From the NCBI GenBank assembly GCA_964016885.1, contig OZ024745.1, positions 111,848,001 through 111,912,000 on the forward strand: a stretch of DNA of 64,000 bases. Reading direction: 5' to 3'. Below the pieces are notes generated by a model. That model was not told the origin of the DNA. It worked only from the letters and a program-made list of their open reading frames with translations, and ran no database searches. This stretch comes from Eledone cirrhosa. Taxonomy: Eukaryota. This document shows positions 43,048-56,757 of the stretch, piece by piece; within the stretch, counting starts at the first letter, position 1, and the number at the start of each line of letters is the position of its first letter. A program made the position numbers and the translations under genes.

Positions 43048-43263
43048 CATGTATAAGTTGCTTTATAAGTGTTATTTGTTTTTACTTGTTTGCTTTTGAT
43101 AAGCTTGTGTAATAAAATAAATATATACTCTGTTGATTTAATTATATGAATAGATAAATTTTTAAAAAATGTGTTTTTTCTTGAAAAATATGAAAATTTT
43201 GAAATATCAAACTCCTGACCACAAACCCAAACTTCTGATTAAATAATAGTCTTTTTTTATAAT

Positions 43264-43453
43264 AATTGTTTCTACTATTGGCACAAGGCCAGCAATTATC
43301 CAGTACATTACTGGTACTTTATTTTATCGACCCCGTAAGGATGAAAGGCAAAGTTAACCTCGGCGGGATTTGAACTCAGAATGGCAAGGGCCGTAACTCT
43401 ATGCGTCAAAGCATGGTGTCCGACCCTCTACCGATATTGCCAATTCACCGCCA
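43264..43453 (-). mobile_element. SINE family A inserted in Chapaev3
   Basis: Near-exact reverse complement of 41556-41748. Confidence 0.9.
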
Positions 43454-43571
43454 ATGGGATATAACAAATCATGACACCTAGAACCGGGGAACAAAAAATA
43501 TGTTACACAGTGTTATTTAGGTTTAATAATCGACCATTATTGTTTTATTATTATTATTATAATTATTATTA

Positions 43572-43790
43572 GGGCGGTGGCTTGGCAGTATCGGAAGGTC
43601 GGACACCATGCTTTGTAACATAAAGTTACGGCCCTTTATGGTCTGAGTTCAAATCCTGCCAAGGTTAGCTTTGCCTTTCATCGTTATGAGGTCGATGAAA
43701 TAAAGTACCAGTAATGCACTGGTGTCGCTTTAATCGACTTTCCCTTCCCCCTTCAAGTTGCTGGCCTTGTGCCTAAAGTAGAAACATTAT
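43572..43790 (+). mobile_element. SINE family A (longer subfamily)
   Basis: Same head and centre plus a ~30-bp extra segment; (att)n tail. Confidence 0.85.
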
Positions 43791-43812
43791 TATTATTATC
43801 ATTATTATTATT

Positions 43813-44170
43813 GCTAAAAGGTGGATGAATGTGGCGAGAATGGCCCGTGTGAAGGGGCCTACTCTGACCATGTGCCTATAGGCTAGCTAACTTGAGGAGA
43901 GGGGTGCTCTCCCTGGGTGCCCTAGAAGCGCAGGGTGGTTCAGGATTGGGGGGGTACCTGAGTCACCCCTGAGTCGTCCACCCCCTATTGGGGAATTTAT
44001 TTTGTTATATTTATGCATAGTTTATTTTATATTTTTATATCTTCATTGTTAAATTAGTCTTGCCATTGTGCACTTTTACTCGACCTTACTGTAAACCCTC
44101 ACTGTCCATGTCTTTGAATTGTCCCCTACATGTTGGCCCTTGTGGCTAATAAATGAAATCATTATTATTT
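43813..44170 (+). mobile_element. 3' end of an L1/Tx1-like LINE
   Basis: AKRWMNVARMARVKGPTLTMCL* then UTR ending ccttgtggctaataaatgaaatcattattatt; similar decayed tail at 51840-51910. Confidence 0.5.
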
Positions 44171-44182
44171 GAACATTTATAA

Positions 44183-44611
44183 GGTTGGATTGGCAGTATT
44201 GGTAGAGGGTCGGACGCCATGCTTTGACGTATAGAGTTACGGCCCTTGCCATTCTGAGTTCAAATCCCGCCAAGGTTAACTTTGCCTTTCATCCTTACGG
44301 GGTCGATAAAATAAAGTACCAGTAATGCACTGGGTAATTGCTGGCCTTGTGCCTAACGTAGAAACAATTATTATTTGAACATGTATGTACTTTGATATCT
44401 TCCTCCCTATCTCCTCTATCTCTTATAGTTGTTTCTACGTTAGGCACAAGGCCAGCAATTACCCAGTGCATTACTGGTACTTTATTTTATCGACCCCGTA
44501 AGGATGAAAAGCAAAGTCAACCTCGGCGGGATTTGAACTCAGGTCGTAAAGGGACGTAACTATGCTGGAGAGCATGGCATCCGACCCTCTACCGATACTG
44601 CCAATCCACCT
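44183..44611. mobile_element. inverted pair of young SINE A copies (plus 44183-44372, minus 44428-44611)
   Basis: Each has a TSD-like flank (ttatttgaacat; ctatctcttatagt). Confidence 0.9.
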
Positions 44612-46989
44612 CTATCTCTTATAGTGTTGACAAGATAGGCCTTGTGCCTAAATGTAGAACCAATTATTATTATTGATAGGTATGTGTGCTGAAGCAAGAA
44701 AACCATGAGCAACAGAGAAATTCGAAAAACACATTGAATTCTACATATAGAAATATATAAGAAACTTTAAACAGTGTAATATAACACTATTTCTAATGCT
44801 CAAACACTCCGGTTTTCACAAGTGGAAATTACTTGTGACTGCTGAGGAGACATACCTCCCTGTATGTTAAAGGGTGTCAAATTAGAGGAGAGACTCTTTT
44901 ATCCACTTGAGAGGAGATGTGTTTAATTGATCTTTTAAAAAGAATTCATTTAAAAATTATGATTCCTATTACTTGTATAGTTTAAGGTACTCAAACATTT
45001 TCAAACAATAATGATTCCTGCCATTTTAACTTACTGAAACAAAAAATAAAAAATTAATGATAAAATTTAAGAACTCATAATTTATAATGTAAAAACATTA
45101 AAATTTCTCCATATTCAGAGTATAGCTGATTCCATGCATAATGGCATATGTTACCTTCTACAGTAAAATCAGCCTAATTCTATCATCATGTGCTTTCAAA
45201 TAGTAGCTTGATAAATGTGATTAATTATGAAATATTATAAATTCTAATATGTATTTTCATAATCACAATACATAATTACATTATAACTAATCAGTGACTG
45301 ATTTAATTGGTACCAACCAATAAGACATGGTCGATTAATCGCTAATAGGTCAGTCAATTTGCTTATCAGTGCATCCTGAATTTCATATGTAATATAACTT
45401 TCCAATAAGTTCTCTGGTAATGACTGAAAGAATATGATCACGAATACACGCAGCCAAAAAAGGAGTATTCTAGTTTTTGGTCAACTGAACTGCCTTCTCT
45501 TTGAATGATATAAACAACTGAGTTTTCTACAGAAACCGTACTTTTAATGTAATCGTCAGGGAGAATCAATATGACACAGTGTGTGTTAAAGCTGATCCAT
45601 TGAATTAGAGGTACAGTCATTCTGACAAGCTTCTACACAGTTTCTGTCAACTCCGTTTAGTACACTAGGCTTGGGTCAATGTAAGATACTTATCTAAAGT
45701 TCTACACAGTAGGAAACACTTGCCTGAAGTTCTACACAGCTGAATTGAACCTTAAGACCTCATGTTTGCAACTGTGTCCACTTTTCAGGCATATTGTATC
45801 TAGGATCACATTATTCAGTATGTGTTTTCTTTTTAAAAACAAGGAAGTAATTTAAGGGAGATTTGCTTGCCTTTTCCCAAAGACTGGCTCATAATAAGTA
45901 CCAGTTATATACTAAAATCAATTTAATTGACTGCAATGTCTACTATAAAAATTATTCTTCTGTCTTTTAAAAATCAATCAATATTTTTTATAAAATAATC
46001 TTTTTAGTCCTGTCAAGCTAATGTTTACTTTTTGTTTAAAAATGTATTTAATTTTCATCTTTCTATTTGTAATACAATCATTAAATGTCTAACCTCCACT
46101 ATATACTTGCTCTTTCTGCTTATTTATTTATTTCTTCTATGTGTCATTTCTCATTTCCAGCACTTTTTTACTCATTTTTTTGTTGTTGCCAGAAGAAACA
46201 ACAAATTAATTAGTTATTAGATTATCATGCAGCCACATCATTGACAGAAACTATGACAACAATAACAACGTCAGACAATGGAAGGCCTCCTATGTGGTCA
46301 TTGCGTCAAATATCCTCTAAATCACACCCCATAATCTTTAAAAAAAAGATACCTTTAGAAAGGTGAGATGGTCATGGCTACTATGTCTTTGATCATAGGT
46401 TGACTCAATCAGGGCTGACCTATGGCTAAACAACAACAAGCAATATATAATCCAAACAACAATACCACAAGCCAACAAAGGAGCCTCTACTTGGTTGCTA
46501 GACCTAATAGAAATAGTAACCAGATCTACTTCAAATCATACCATACTGTTTTAAAAAGGAAGGACACATTGGATAACATTGTCTGTATTTGGAGAAAAAA
46601 AAGTGACTAGCTGGTCAATTTTAGTACAACTTTAACCTTAAGTCTGTTTGATAAGGTCTTACTTGGGGCTAAACAACTGACAATATCAGACATCAACCAC
46701 AACACCAAATGACAGCAACAATAACCAATAACAAAACAACCAACATCAACCAACAAAAGGTCTCTATGTGATCACAGTGACTGTTTGAAACAGCCAAATC
46801 TTTCTGAAATAATACAATACTATCTTACAAAAGAAAGGGACATTGAAAAAATATTATATCTGAAACAAATAGATAAGATGGTCATGGTTAGAATGCTTTT
46901 GAATATTGTTCTGCTCAATCAAGGCTGCCCTTGGACTAACCAACTAACAAGAAACAATAACACCAAGCAAGTAACACAATTAGAATACT

Positions 46990-47210
46990 AATCAACCAAT
47001 CAACTGACCAACCAGCCAGTCAACCAACCAACTAATCAACCAGCCAGTCAACCAACCAACTAATCAACCGGCCAACCAGCCAGACAATCAACCACCAAAT
47101 CAGTCAACCAACCAACCAATCAACCAGGCAGGCAGCCAGCCAACTAACCAACCAACCAACCACCAAATCAGTCAACCAACCAACCAATCAACCAGCTAAC
47201 CAGCCAGCAT
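46990..47210. repeat. (CAAC/CAGC)n degenerate tetranucleotide repeat
   Basis: Direct periodicity. Confidence 0.9.
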
Positions 47211-48399
47211 ATAACCATTTAATATCATACTTATTCAACATATGATGTATATTGAAGACATAATGTAAACTATTTCACAAACAATAATTTCTTTGGTGGC
47301 AGTCTATCTACCTTTCAGATAAAAATTGAGTGAAGTCAATGTAGTTTAATATAAGCTTTGTTCTTTTGAAGTTTTAAAGAGGTAATGGAAAGAAGAAATC
47401 AAAGAAGAAATAAAACAAAGATAAAGTGAGTGAGTGAAAAAAAAAGAATGGATGGAAGGAATGGAAAGAAGGGAAATTTTGACAAAATCTTATGAAAATG
47501 AAGAGAGGGAAACAATAGATGAGAACAGAAAGAAATTATTACATAAAATCCTATAACAAAATCTCATAACACATCCCCAAGGACAAAAAAACAAAAATCA
47601 AACAAAAAAAAAAACAAGAAAAAACAAAAATGACCAGGTATGTTTTGATTTCAGACAGGTTGTATGAACTGTCAGGTTGACAGTAGACAAACAATAAGCA
47701 GAACAACCTTACCTAGGATTTAAAAAAAAAGCAAACACAAAAATAGCAACAATAAAATGGTCCTGTCAGCTTGATTAGAAAACATGGAATGTCTAATAAC
47801 ATTTTGAAGAGGTCACTTATAGACAAGTACAGTGGGCCAGTTGGTTTTCAATTGTTTTTTTTGTTGTTGTTCTTTCTTCCTCTTAACCCATTAATCTTCC
47901 CATCCTCATTATCTGCATCGGTGTCATTATCATATTCATTCTAACATTCACCTTCATCAAACATTGTCTTTCTTCCCCTTTCCTCCTTCTTCTTCTACCT
48001 GTTGGTTACATATTTCCAAGGGCTCCAAATTCAAGCTCTAAGCTAGACTGTTTGAGGTTTCAGCATGTTACAAATGTTCAGCATGGTACAACAGGTTTCC
48101 ATTGTCATTTCCAATATTGAAGACAAAATTATTATTGACCTCTGATGTAGAAGCCATGCTTCACAGCTCCGTAAACATTTTCTGAACTTCTCATTTTTTG
48201 CACCAACAATAACTTTTTGTTCAAGTTTTAGACTTGACAAAAGCTTAAGGAAACTATCTTGCTAATTGCAGGTGGGGTTATTGCATTTTATCATGACAAC
48301 AATTTTATTTCAACATTAAAAAAAACAACAATATAACGGATACCTGGCTAAAAAGAGGTAGTAATAATACATCACAAAAAGAAAGGGAGAGCCGTTCAA

Positions 48400-49190
48400 C
48401 ACCTAAAACACAACTGTTGATGGATTTCAGCATTTGTGAAGAAGATGAAGGAATACTTTAAACAATATGGTTTCAGACATCAAAGAAAGCTTTTAAAACT
48501 TGGACTAGAACAGCATGAACAACAGCAACACAGATAGCTGTAACACAGATAGCTGCAACATGGACAGCAACAGCATGAACAACAGCAACAATAACAAAAA
48601 GAACAACAACAGTGATAGTGACCACAAAACAGAGTCGCTTGTTTGTAAAAGTTTGAACAACAACGGTAATGACATCAACAACAAAAGTGCATTTACAACA
48701 GCAGTTGTGAAAACTATGGAATTGTTCTACATAGACATTACAAGGAGGGAAGAATGTTTGACTCGGGTAGCCAAACTTGTAACCCAGGCCAACATAAGTG
48801 TTCCACTTGAGGTGTCGGCAGACAGAAAAACTCTCACCTATAGATGTATTTCTCTCTTATATGGGAAGAAGAACACTAAAAATCTGTATTGCTGGGATCC
48901 TGCCAGAAATAGACATCTGGTGGATCCTAGCATGCATCGTCCTAGAAGGAAGCAAAATGCTCTTGGAGGTAAAGAGAACCTGGAGGGAGGACTAGGTAGG
49001 GATCAGTCTGGAGATACATCTGCAAATCAAACCGGAGAAGATAGACAAGATCCCAGACCTAATTCACCCTCCGGGTGGCGTGTGGAACTACAAGTCTTCA
49101 TAGAGGGCAAAAAACTCTGTTGTCATCTGTGCATGAAAACTGAACATTTAAGATGGTGGTGGTGGTGGGGGGGGGGGGACATAGGGCTCC
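48400..49190 (+). mobile_element. decayed L1/Tx1-like ORF1 (gag-like) remnant
   Basis: CHLCMKTEHLR (partial CCHC knuckle); weak colinearity with 50040-50800 and 53850-54650. Confidence 0.5.
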
Positions 49191-49670
49191 CTCACTGCCA
49201 ACAACAGGACCTCAACAGCCACAACAACAGCAAACAACCCCTCGCTGCCAACACCAGGACCTCAACAGCCACAACAACAACAACAACAGCAAACGACCCC
49301 TCGCTGCCAACACCAGGACCTCAACAGCCACAACAACAACAACAACAGCAAACAACCCCTCGCTGCCAACACCAGGACCTCAACAGCCACAACAACAACA
49401 ACAACAGCAAACAACCCCTCGCTGCCAACACCAGGACCTCAACAGCCACAACAACAACAACAACAGCAAACAACCCCTCGCTGCCAACACCAGGACCTCA
49501 ACAGCCACAACAACAACAACAACAGCAAACAACCCCTCGCTGCCAACACCAGGACCTCAACAGCCACAACAACAACAACAACAGCAAACAACCCCTCGCT
49601 GCCAACACCAGGACCTCAACAGCCACAACAACAACAACAACAACAACAACAGCCACAACAACAACAACTA
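49188..49670. repeat. 59-bp near-perfect minisatellite, about 7.5 units
   Basis: cccctcgctgccaacaccaggacctcaacagccac(aac)n agcaaacaa starting at 49238, 49297, 49356, 49415, 49474, 49533, 49592. Confidence 0.95.
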
Positions 49671-50039
49671 TGACAGCAAGAATGCCACCAATAACAACTA
49701 TTACACCAGCAGGGAGGTGGATGACAAACAATTAAAACAAATTTTTCAACACAGTTATGGATTCTCCTCCCCCTCATCATGGCAACTGTCATTCCAATAC
49801 TGTAATTCAAGAAAGGGAGAGAGAGCTGATGGAGGCTATCATTTGTCAACAAACAGTGATAGCAGGGGAGGAGGAATGAACATTACTGCCTTGTATTGTT
49901 AAACCAACCAATAATGTCTTAGATAGCAGCAATTGCTGAAATATTATTTGTAACAATGTGAACAACAACAACAACAACTCCAATAACAGTTGTAATAGAA
50001 ATAAAACCAGCGAATTAGAAACACTTATACACCTAAAGA

Positions 50040-51910
50040 AAAATCAACAACAACACGAAAACTAATTTCAAAAACAAGTTGAACAACAACGGTAACAGCA
50101 ACACAAGAGTAGACCAACAAGCCAATAAAACGGCAGGTACAAGCACCAATCTCTCTTTTGCTAGTGCTACCAAGTCCTATTTCCAAAGTGTGAACTACTC
50201 TGAGGAAGCGTTCAACAAGGCCAGAAAATTAGTGGAATGAGCTTGACAAACAGTTAACCTTAACACCCTGATCAACACCACCCAAATTACAGTATGTTAT
50301 ACAGTGATGTACTGTACTATTGGATTAAAATCGAGAAAAGTACAAAGAGCCACAGAGGCTCACATCTAAAAAAGCATTTGGTTTCGTTTGGAACCTAAAA
50401 GGATACATCCAATGAAGAAGAGTTATAGAACAATAGAAGTGAGATTTGAGACAGAGGACGAGGCAAAATCTCACTCCGTAAAACCCTTGAAAAGTGAGGT
50501 TCTCTTGTTAGTCCCTTATTACTGCAGCCGGAGACTAGCAAGAATCCATGCAGGTGCCACTGGAGCTAGCCATTCCTTGGCTAATTGCTGTGGTCACTGT
50601 AGACATTGAGGAAAACACTAAAATCCTCGAAGTTTACCAGATCAAAAAAGAGAATTGGTCAGGGGAATCCTCATCCAAATCAGTCAGAAAAAGGTTGATA
50701 CCATCCTGGAACAAATCTCTCTCTCAGATGGCTCATCCTACCCATTAGAGTGGAGGAAGGCCAAGTTTCAGATTTGTCTTTCAACAACACATTAAGAGCC
50801 TTCTACCCAACACGAGAAAAGAGAAGAGACACCCCTCTTTTCTCAACATCAAGGAACTCACCAAAACAACCATCAAAACCCAGACAACAACATCATTATC
50901 ATCATCAACAACAACACAAACTGCAACATCATAAAAAACAACAAGAACATTACCACCAACAACAGCTGTAGTAACACCAATGCCCACCACAGCAACAACA
51001 GATTCTCCCATTCTCCAATCAATTCAAATGGAAGACATGCCAGTACCCGATTTTGTACAGTCAGACATATGTAGTGAGTCTGATTAGGATGACAAGTAGA
51101 AACCAGTAATTAAAAGAAGAAAAAAAAAGACAAAGAAAAACAAAACAACACAAAAACAACGAATAACCCTCATCCACACAAAAAGAGGAAAGAAAAAAAG
51201 ATAAAGGCTGCAAGGTTAAAAACACAGAAAACAAACACTACATCACTACTACTGCCACAAACACCACAATCACCAACATCACAAATACAACCTAAACCAC
51301 ATACAAAACAGCAACAACAACAATAAAAGCAAACACAAAGTAAAGAAACTAGCATTACAAACTACATTGCTATAAACACACACAACCATCATAGAAGATT
51401 TCACATCATCCACAATTCACATAAAAATCTTACCCTTGTGGAAGGGATGCATTCCAATGGCCAGGGGATCTATCTGTTGTGAACACCTGATGTGTGGAGG
51501 ACTGGACATGCTGTGGCTGATGATGCACAAACATACATTGAGGTTACATCATCTTCAGATTTTCCTTGACTGTGAACAGGTGAGGTCACCATTTGACAGA
51601 CACAAGTTTCCCCCACTTGTCTCTTTTATGGAGCTGCAGTCCTGGGTCAAACAAACACCAAAAGGGACTTGGAAAATGGAATGCCTTCAAGTAATGAGAG
51701 AAGGCACTTGCTCAGGCAGTCAGGGCAACTGTGGTTTTATGGGTTTTTTTTCCACAAGTAACCCTCGGAAATCTCCTCCCTATTGTTACTTCCCTTTTTA
51801 TTTTTGTTAAACCTATGTACATACAACCTCCCCATCTCAATGTTTTGTTCTGTGCTGTCCTTAATATTTTCTTAATGTAAACTTTTTGTGGTTAATGAAG
51901 AAATTATTAT
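50040..51910 (+). mobile_element. internally deleted L1/Tx1-like LINE remnant
   Basis: ORF1-like RTIEVRFETEDEAK...LLLVPYY; C-terminal HLQIFLDC zinc-finger remnant; tail like 44100-44170. Confidence 0.5.
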
Positions 51911-53399
51911 ACATGTGTTTTACTTTGCTCTGAAGTAGTTTCTCATTCTTAGACATTTTAAGCTTCTTCTTGTGCAATCACATGACATCCCCCAGGCATT
52001 GTAGACAGCTTATGGTAGTGATATTAGGGTGTGTGAGGTCCATATTCTCAGGTGGGGAGAGATTCAGGCACTCACTCAGTATATCTTCAGCAGTCTGCTC
52101 TAGCGAGTCATACTAGCAAGTCATACTAGTAAGCTGCTGATGTACACATCCCTCAGTGGTGCATGGCTGCATTGAATTGGTCAACACTTTCTTCCCCTCC
52201 TTCATCTCCCCCTCCTCTTCCCCTTCCCCCCTTTCTTCCTCTTCCCCTTCCCCCTCCTCTCCTCTTCACTCCACCACCCTCCTGTTTTTTTAGTCTACCA
52301 AAGCTATTGTATAACAATGGTTATTTTTCTCTTTCATTTTGATATTTTACACAAACTATGGGCATTTTTTAAGAGTGCTTTCTTCTTCATTCCAAAATGT
52401 GGGCAATTTACCTGGCATTTCTTCAATTCTTTGCTTTGCATCACACTTCACTGCTCTCAACATTGCTATAATTACAGGGTAATTTTTTTTTGTGCCCATA
52501 TTCAACATTTCTGTTTCCTATTCTTTATATTTGTGGAGTTTTTCCATCATCTATGCAGATGTTATTTTATTGTCTGTTGTACAAGACACCTCAATAAGTA
52601 CACAACAGCAAAATATTTCTTCTTTTATAATATCATATTCATTCATTCCTCTCTTCTTATCAATGTATATTTGTACACCAGAGGAAAACACTATTTTCAT
52701 TCTCTACCACCATCTCTAGAATGCTCCTGTACCATTATTCATGTGTTAGAATTGTTAGTGCATCAGACATATGCTTTACAGTATTTGTTCTGGCTCTTTA
52801 TGTTCTGAGTTTAAATTCTGCTGAGGTCAACTTTATCTTTTATCTTTTCAGGGTCACTAAAACAAAGTACCATTTAAGTAATGGGGACAAATTAAATGAT
52901 TTTCATTTTCTCTTAAATTTGCAGCCTATGTGCCTAAACTAGAAACCATTATTCAGTTATGGAACTTCATTTTCTTAAATATTTTTCAGTGGACATACTT
53001 AACTCTTCAGTTATGTTTCCAGCCATCTTGTCTGGATTAGCAGAATCATTAGAGTATCAGGAAAATGCTTTGTAGTATTTGTTCCAGCATTTTACATTCT
53101 GATTTCAAATCTTGTCATAGTCAACTTTGCCTTTTATTCTTTCATGGTTGATAAAAAAAAGTACCAGTAAAGTACTGAGGTTGATTTGATTGATTTTCCC
53201 CTTGCCCAATTACTGGCCTTGATTTTCATCTAGAAAACATCATCATTTATCATCATTGACTACTTCATTTCAGTTTTGTAAGATTTTCAGGACTTTTGAG
53301 TTTTTTTCATTGACTCTAACTTTTTCTTAAACTTGATAAAAACTTTGAAGAACTGTCTTGCTTATTGCAGATTGCAGGTGTGGTGAGATTTGGAACAGC

Positions 53400-55500
53400 A
53401 CCACTATGGACAGGTGTGGATGCTGTGGCTTTGAAAATACAAATTTCAACTATTTTTTTAACAATCATAACAATTTTAACAATCATAACATAACAAGCAA
53501 AAAGAGAACCAGCAATACTACATCGCAAAGAGAAGGGGGACAACCCTTCAACAGCAGAAAAGGAAATGTTTGTGGATGACAGCATCTGTCAGCCATCAAA
53601 GAAATAGAAAGAAAACAAAATCAACAGTGTCCTGCAAGTTAAAGATTCAAACAACAAAGGAAATCACTTAAGCATGAACAACAACAACCTAATTAAGAAG
53701 AAGACAACTAACCGCCCCCCCCCCCCCCCCCCAAAAAAAAACAACAACAAAACAACAACAACAACAACAATAAACACAGATAGCAAGCAATGAAAACAAA
53801 ACAGATTGCTCCCATGTGAACTGACAACTTATGTCAGCAATAACACACCAGCAAAATCTGTTCCTAGTGAAAGACTGAACAACAGCAACAGTAGTAGTGA
53901 CAAGAAAAAAAGCAAACCAGCCACAAACACCAACATCAGTGCATCAGCCTGAATTGATACAGGTGCTAAGTGGAAGCAACAAGGGATACACAAGTCTCCC
54001 TCTTTTGGCAGTGCCACAAATTCTTTTTTTCTAAAAAGTGAATTACTGTGAGGAAGAAGTAACACAAGCGAGACAACTGGTTGAAAGAACCAACCATTTT
54101 GTGAACCTCAACACCCCTGTCAACACCATCTAAGATTCAGTGTGTTGTGTGATGATGTACTGTACAATTGGATTCAAGACAAGTTGGGTGGAGTGAGCAA
54201 GCGAGGCTCAGATTCAAGAGGCACTAGGTTCTGTCTTGAACTGAAAAATATATATACACAGAGGCAGGGGATTTGCCACAGTGGACATGAGATTTGCTAT
54301 GGAACAAGAACCAAGGTTTCACAACTGAAAAGTAATAAAATCCTGCTTGTCCCTTATTATTATGGCCAGAGACTGGCAAGAACCTGTGTGCTCCCCAAAA
54401 TAGCAATTCCTCAGCTAATAGCAGTGTTCAAGGAGAACACAAAAATCTTTGAATTCTACCAAAATTCCACCAAAAAGGAGAACTAGTTGGAGATGGAATC
54501 CTCATCCAAACTAGTCAAAAATGTGATGATGCTATCCCTGACCAAATATATCTCTCAAGCAGCATAAACCTTCTCATAAGAGTAGAATAAGAGTAGAGTG
54601 TAGCAGGGCAAAGTGCCACATTTATGCAGCATCAACCCACCTAAAAGGAAAGGAGAAGAGAACCCCACCTTCTTCCAATACTAAAAGACCCACCAGCAAT
54701 AACTTCCAAAGTCCAAACAGTAACTACCAAGGCCCAAACAGCAACATCATCATCACCAACAGGATGAGCAGCAACACCATCTCCCAATCACAACTTGATG
54801 CAAGTGGAGAACATGACATTTTCTGATTCTAATCAGGAGGAGGAGTGGAAGACAGTGATTAAATGGATAAAGAAAGAAAACAATAAAAATAACGAGCAAA
54901 CCTCACTTACATAAAAAAATGCAAAGAAAAAAATAATGGTTCCAATACAACAATCATCACACTATCACCATGGCCACAGACATCACCATGGCCACAGACA
55001 CAACCATGGCCACAGACACAACCATGGATACTGACACCTCAAACACCACCACAACCACAAATACAACCCAAACCCCACAGATCAATAACAACAAAAGCAA
55101 ACCCAATGTAAAGAAACAAACATTACATACTACATGGCCATAAACACAAGAACAGACTTAATGAAATACATAAAAACACAAAATCATCATACAACCAGAT
55201 TTTACAACACCCACAATCCCCAGAGCCACACACATCCACATCATTCAAAGAACATAAGACACATACACACACCTAAAAACTAAATTTTCGAAGGTCATTG
55301 GCTATTTCCAAGGGAACATGACCAATTACTTGGTGATTTGTTGGTGGAAGCAACACAAATTAACCAGAAAGATGGACAAACTGCCCTTCCACACAAAAAA
55401 AAAGTGTTCTTTCTCATTTGTCTTTCTCTCCTAATGATTTGGCCTTATTCAGAATAAGCAGTGTGAATGTATGTGATCTGAAATTGCCTTGGAAGGGTCA
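53400..55500 (+). mobile_element. diverged paralogue of the 50040-51420 element
   Basis: Colinear motifs (ctgaaaagt...gtcccttatta, ggaatcctcatccaaa, caaatacaacc, aaagaaac...cattaca). Confidence 0.6.
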
Positions 55501-55589
55501 CGTATTCAATGACCTCTGATTATTGAGCATAGATGTAGTGTTAGCAGCAAGACCTGAATTTCTGAGCCATGCGACTTCATACCTATTTT

Positions 55590-55930
55590 CAGAGGCTACA
55601 AGGCGTATGCATCGAAGTCAACCTTGCCTTTCATCCTTCTGGGGTTGATAAAATAAAGTATCAGTCACATACTAGGGTCAATATAATCCACTTTCTCCTC
55701 CCCATAAATTGTTGGCCTTGTGTTTAAAGTAGAAAAAATTAATTGTTTCTACTATTGGCACAAGGCCAGCAATTACCCAGTAGATTACTGGTACTTTATT
55801 TTATCGACTCCGTAAGGATGAAAGACAAAGTTAGCCTCGGTGGGATTTGAACTCAGAATAGCAAGTGCCGTAACTCTATGCGTCAAAGCATGGTGTCCGA
55901 CCCTCTACCGATACTGCCAATTCACTGCCC
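55590..55930. mobile_element. tail-to-tail SINE A pair
   Basis: Minus copy 55741-55930 inserted in the tail of a plus copy; TSD taaagtagaaaaaatt. Confidence 0.85.
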
Positions 55931-56008
55931 TAAAGTAGAAAAAATTGATATTGGGTGATTTTGTCAGAAGCCCTACATTTGTAAAGATAATGCTTGTTGT
56001 TGTGTGTA

Positions 56009-56040
<32 letters not shown>

Positions 56041-56607
56041 GTACAACTTGTCTCATGGTCGGGTCGTTGGTGACTAAACTGGCAACCCCACCAAGGTTTC
56101 TTGGTGAGGAGGGTGACTTTGGATATCCTGCAGGACTAAAAACAAAACCTGTCAAAGGGCAAAGGACCTCTTAAGAGTCAATGGCCATCCAAAATCACCG
56201 GGAGAGATAACCCCTTAGCCTTTGTCAAGGCAGAATTCTAGGAGAAGGAAAACTCTGATATAACACCTGCAACCCTGATGGTATCCAATGATGTTGACTT
56301 GTTCTTCTTTTTGGTGAATATCATCTTGGTTAAGAGAGCGGGACTGGCTTTGTGCAGTGCCTTTGCTCACTATAAAAGCTTCACGGCACAGGCATTGCTT
56401 TATATCTGGAGATCTCTTTGCTCTTGTTGTCACATGGTACCATGGGCCCAGCACTATGTGTCAATAATTGTCACAAGTGTAGTGTTTGTACCAGAGTTTT
56501 CAAGTCGCTGGCCGGACTGAAAAGTCACACTCGTTCAGTGCATCGGTAGGGGTTCTCCTACATGGATATAAAGTAGTGGCCGTACTCGAAAACGATTTGG
56601 CAGCCAC
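56041..56607. mobile_element. rearranged RTE-like fragments ending in a C2H2 finger
   Basis: RTE 5'UTR-like ctaggagaaggaaaactctg; KCSVCTRVFKSLAGLKSHTRSVH* then short UTR into (TA)n. Confidence 0.55.
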
Positions 56608-56639
<32 letters not shown>

Positions 56640-56725
56640 CATGTGTATATGTACATACATATGTATATATGTGTATATGTATATACATATGTATGTGTGT
56701 GTGTGTATATGTATATACATATGTG

Positions 56726-56757
<32 letters not shown>

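Larger units (their letters stand above)
41133..43512 (+). mobile_element. Chapaev3 (CMC superfamily) DNA transposon, TIR to TIR
   Basis: TIRs cactgtgtaaca / tgttacacagtg with 3-bp TTA TSD; transposase remnant inside. Confidence 0.85.

Noticed and set aside
48515-49735. 406-aa host protein
   Set aside because: Its length comes from stop-free CAA-rich repeats fused to a decayed retroelement ORF1 remnant.
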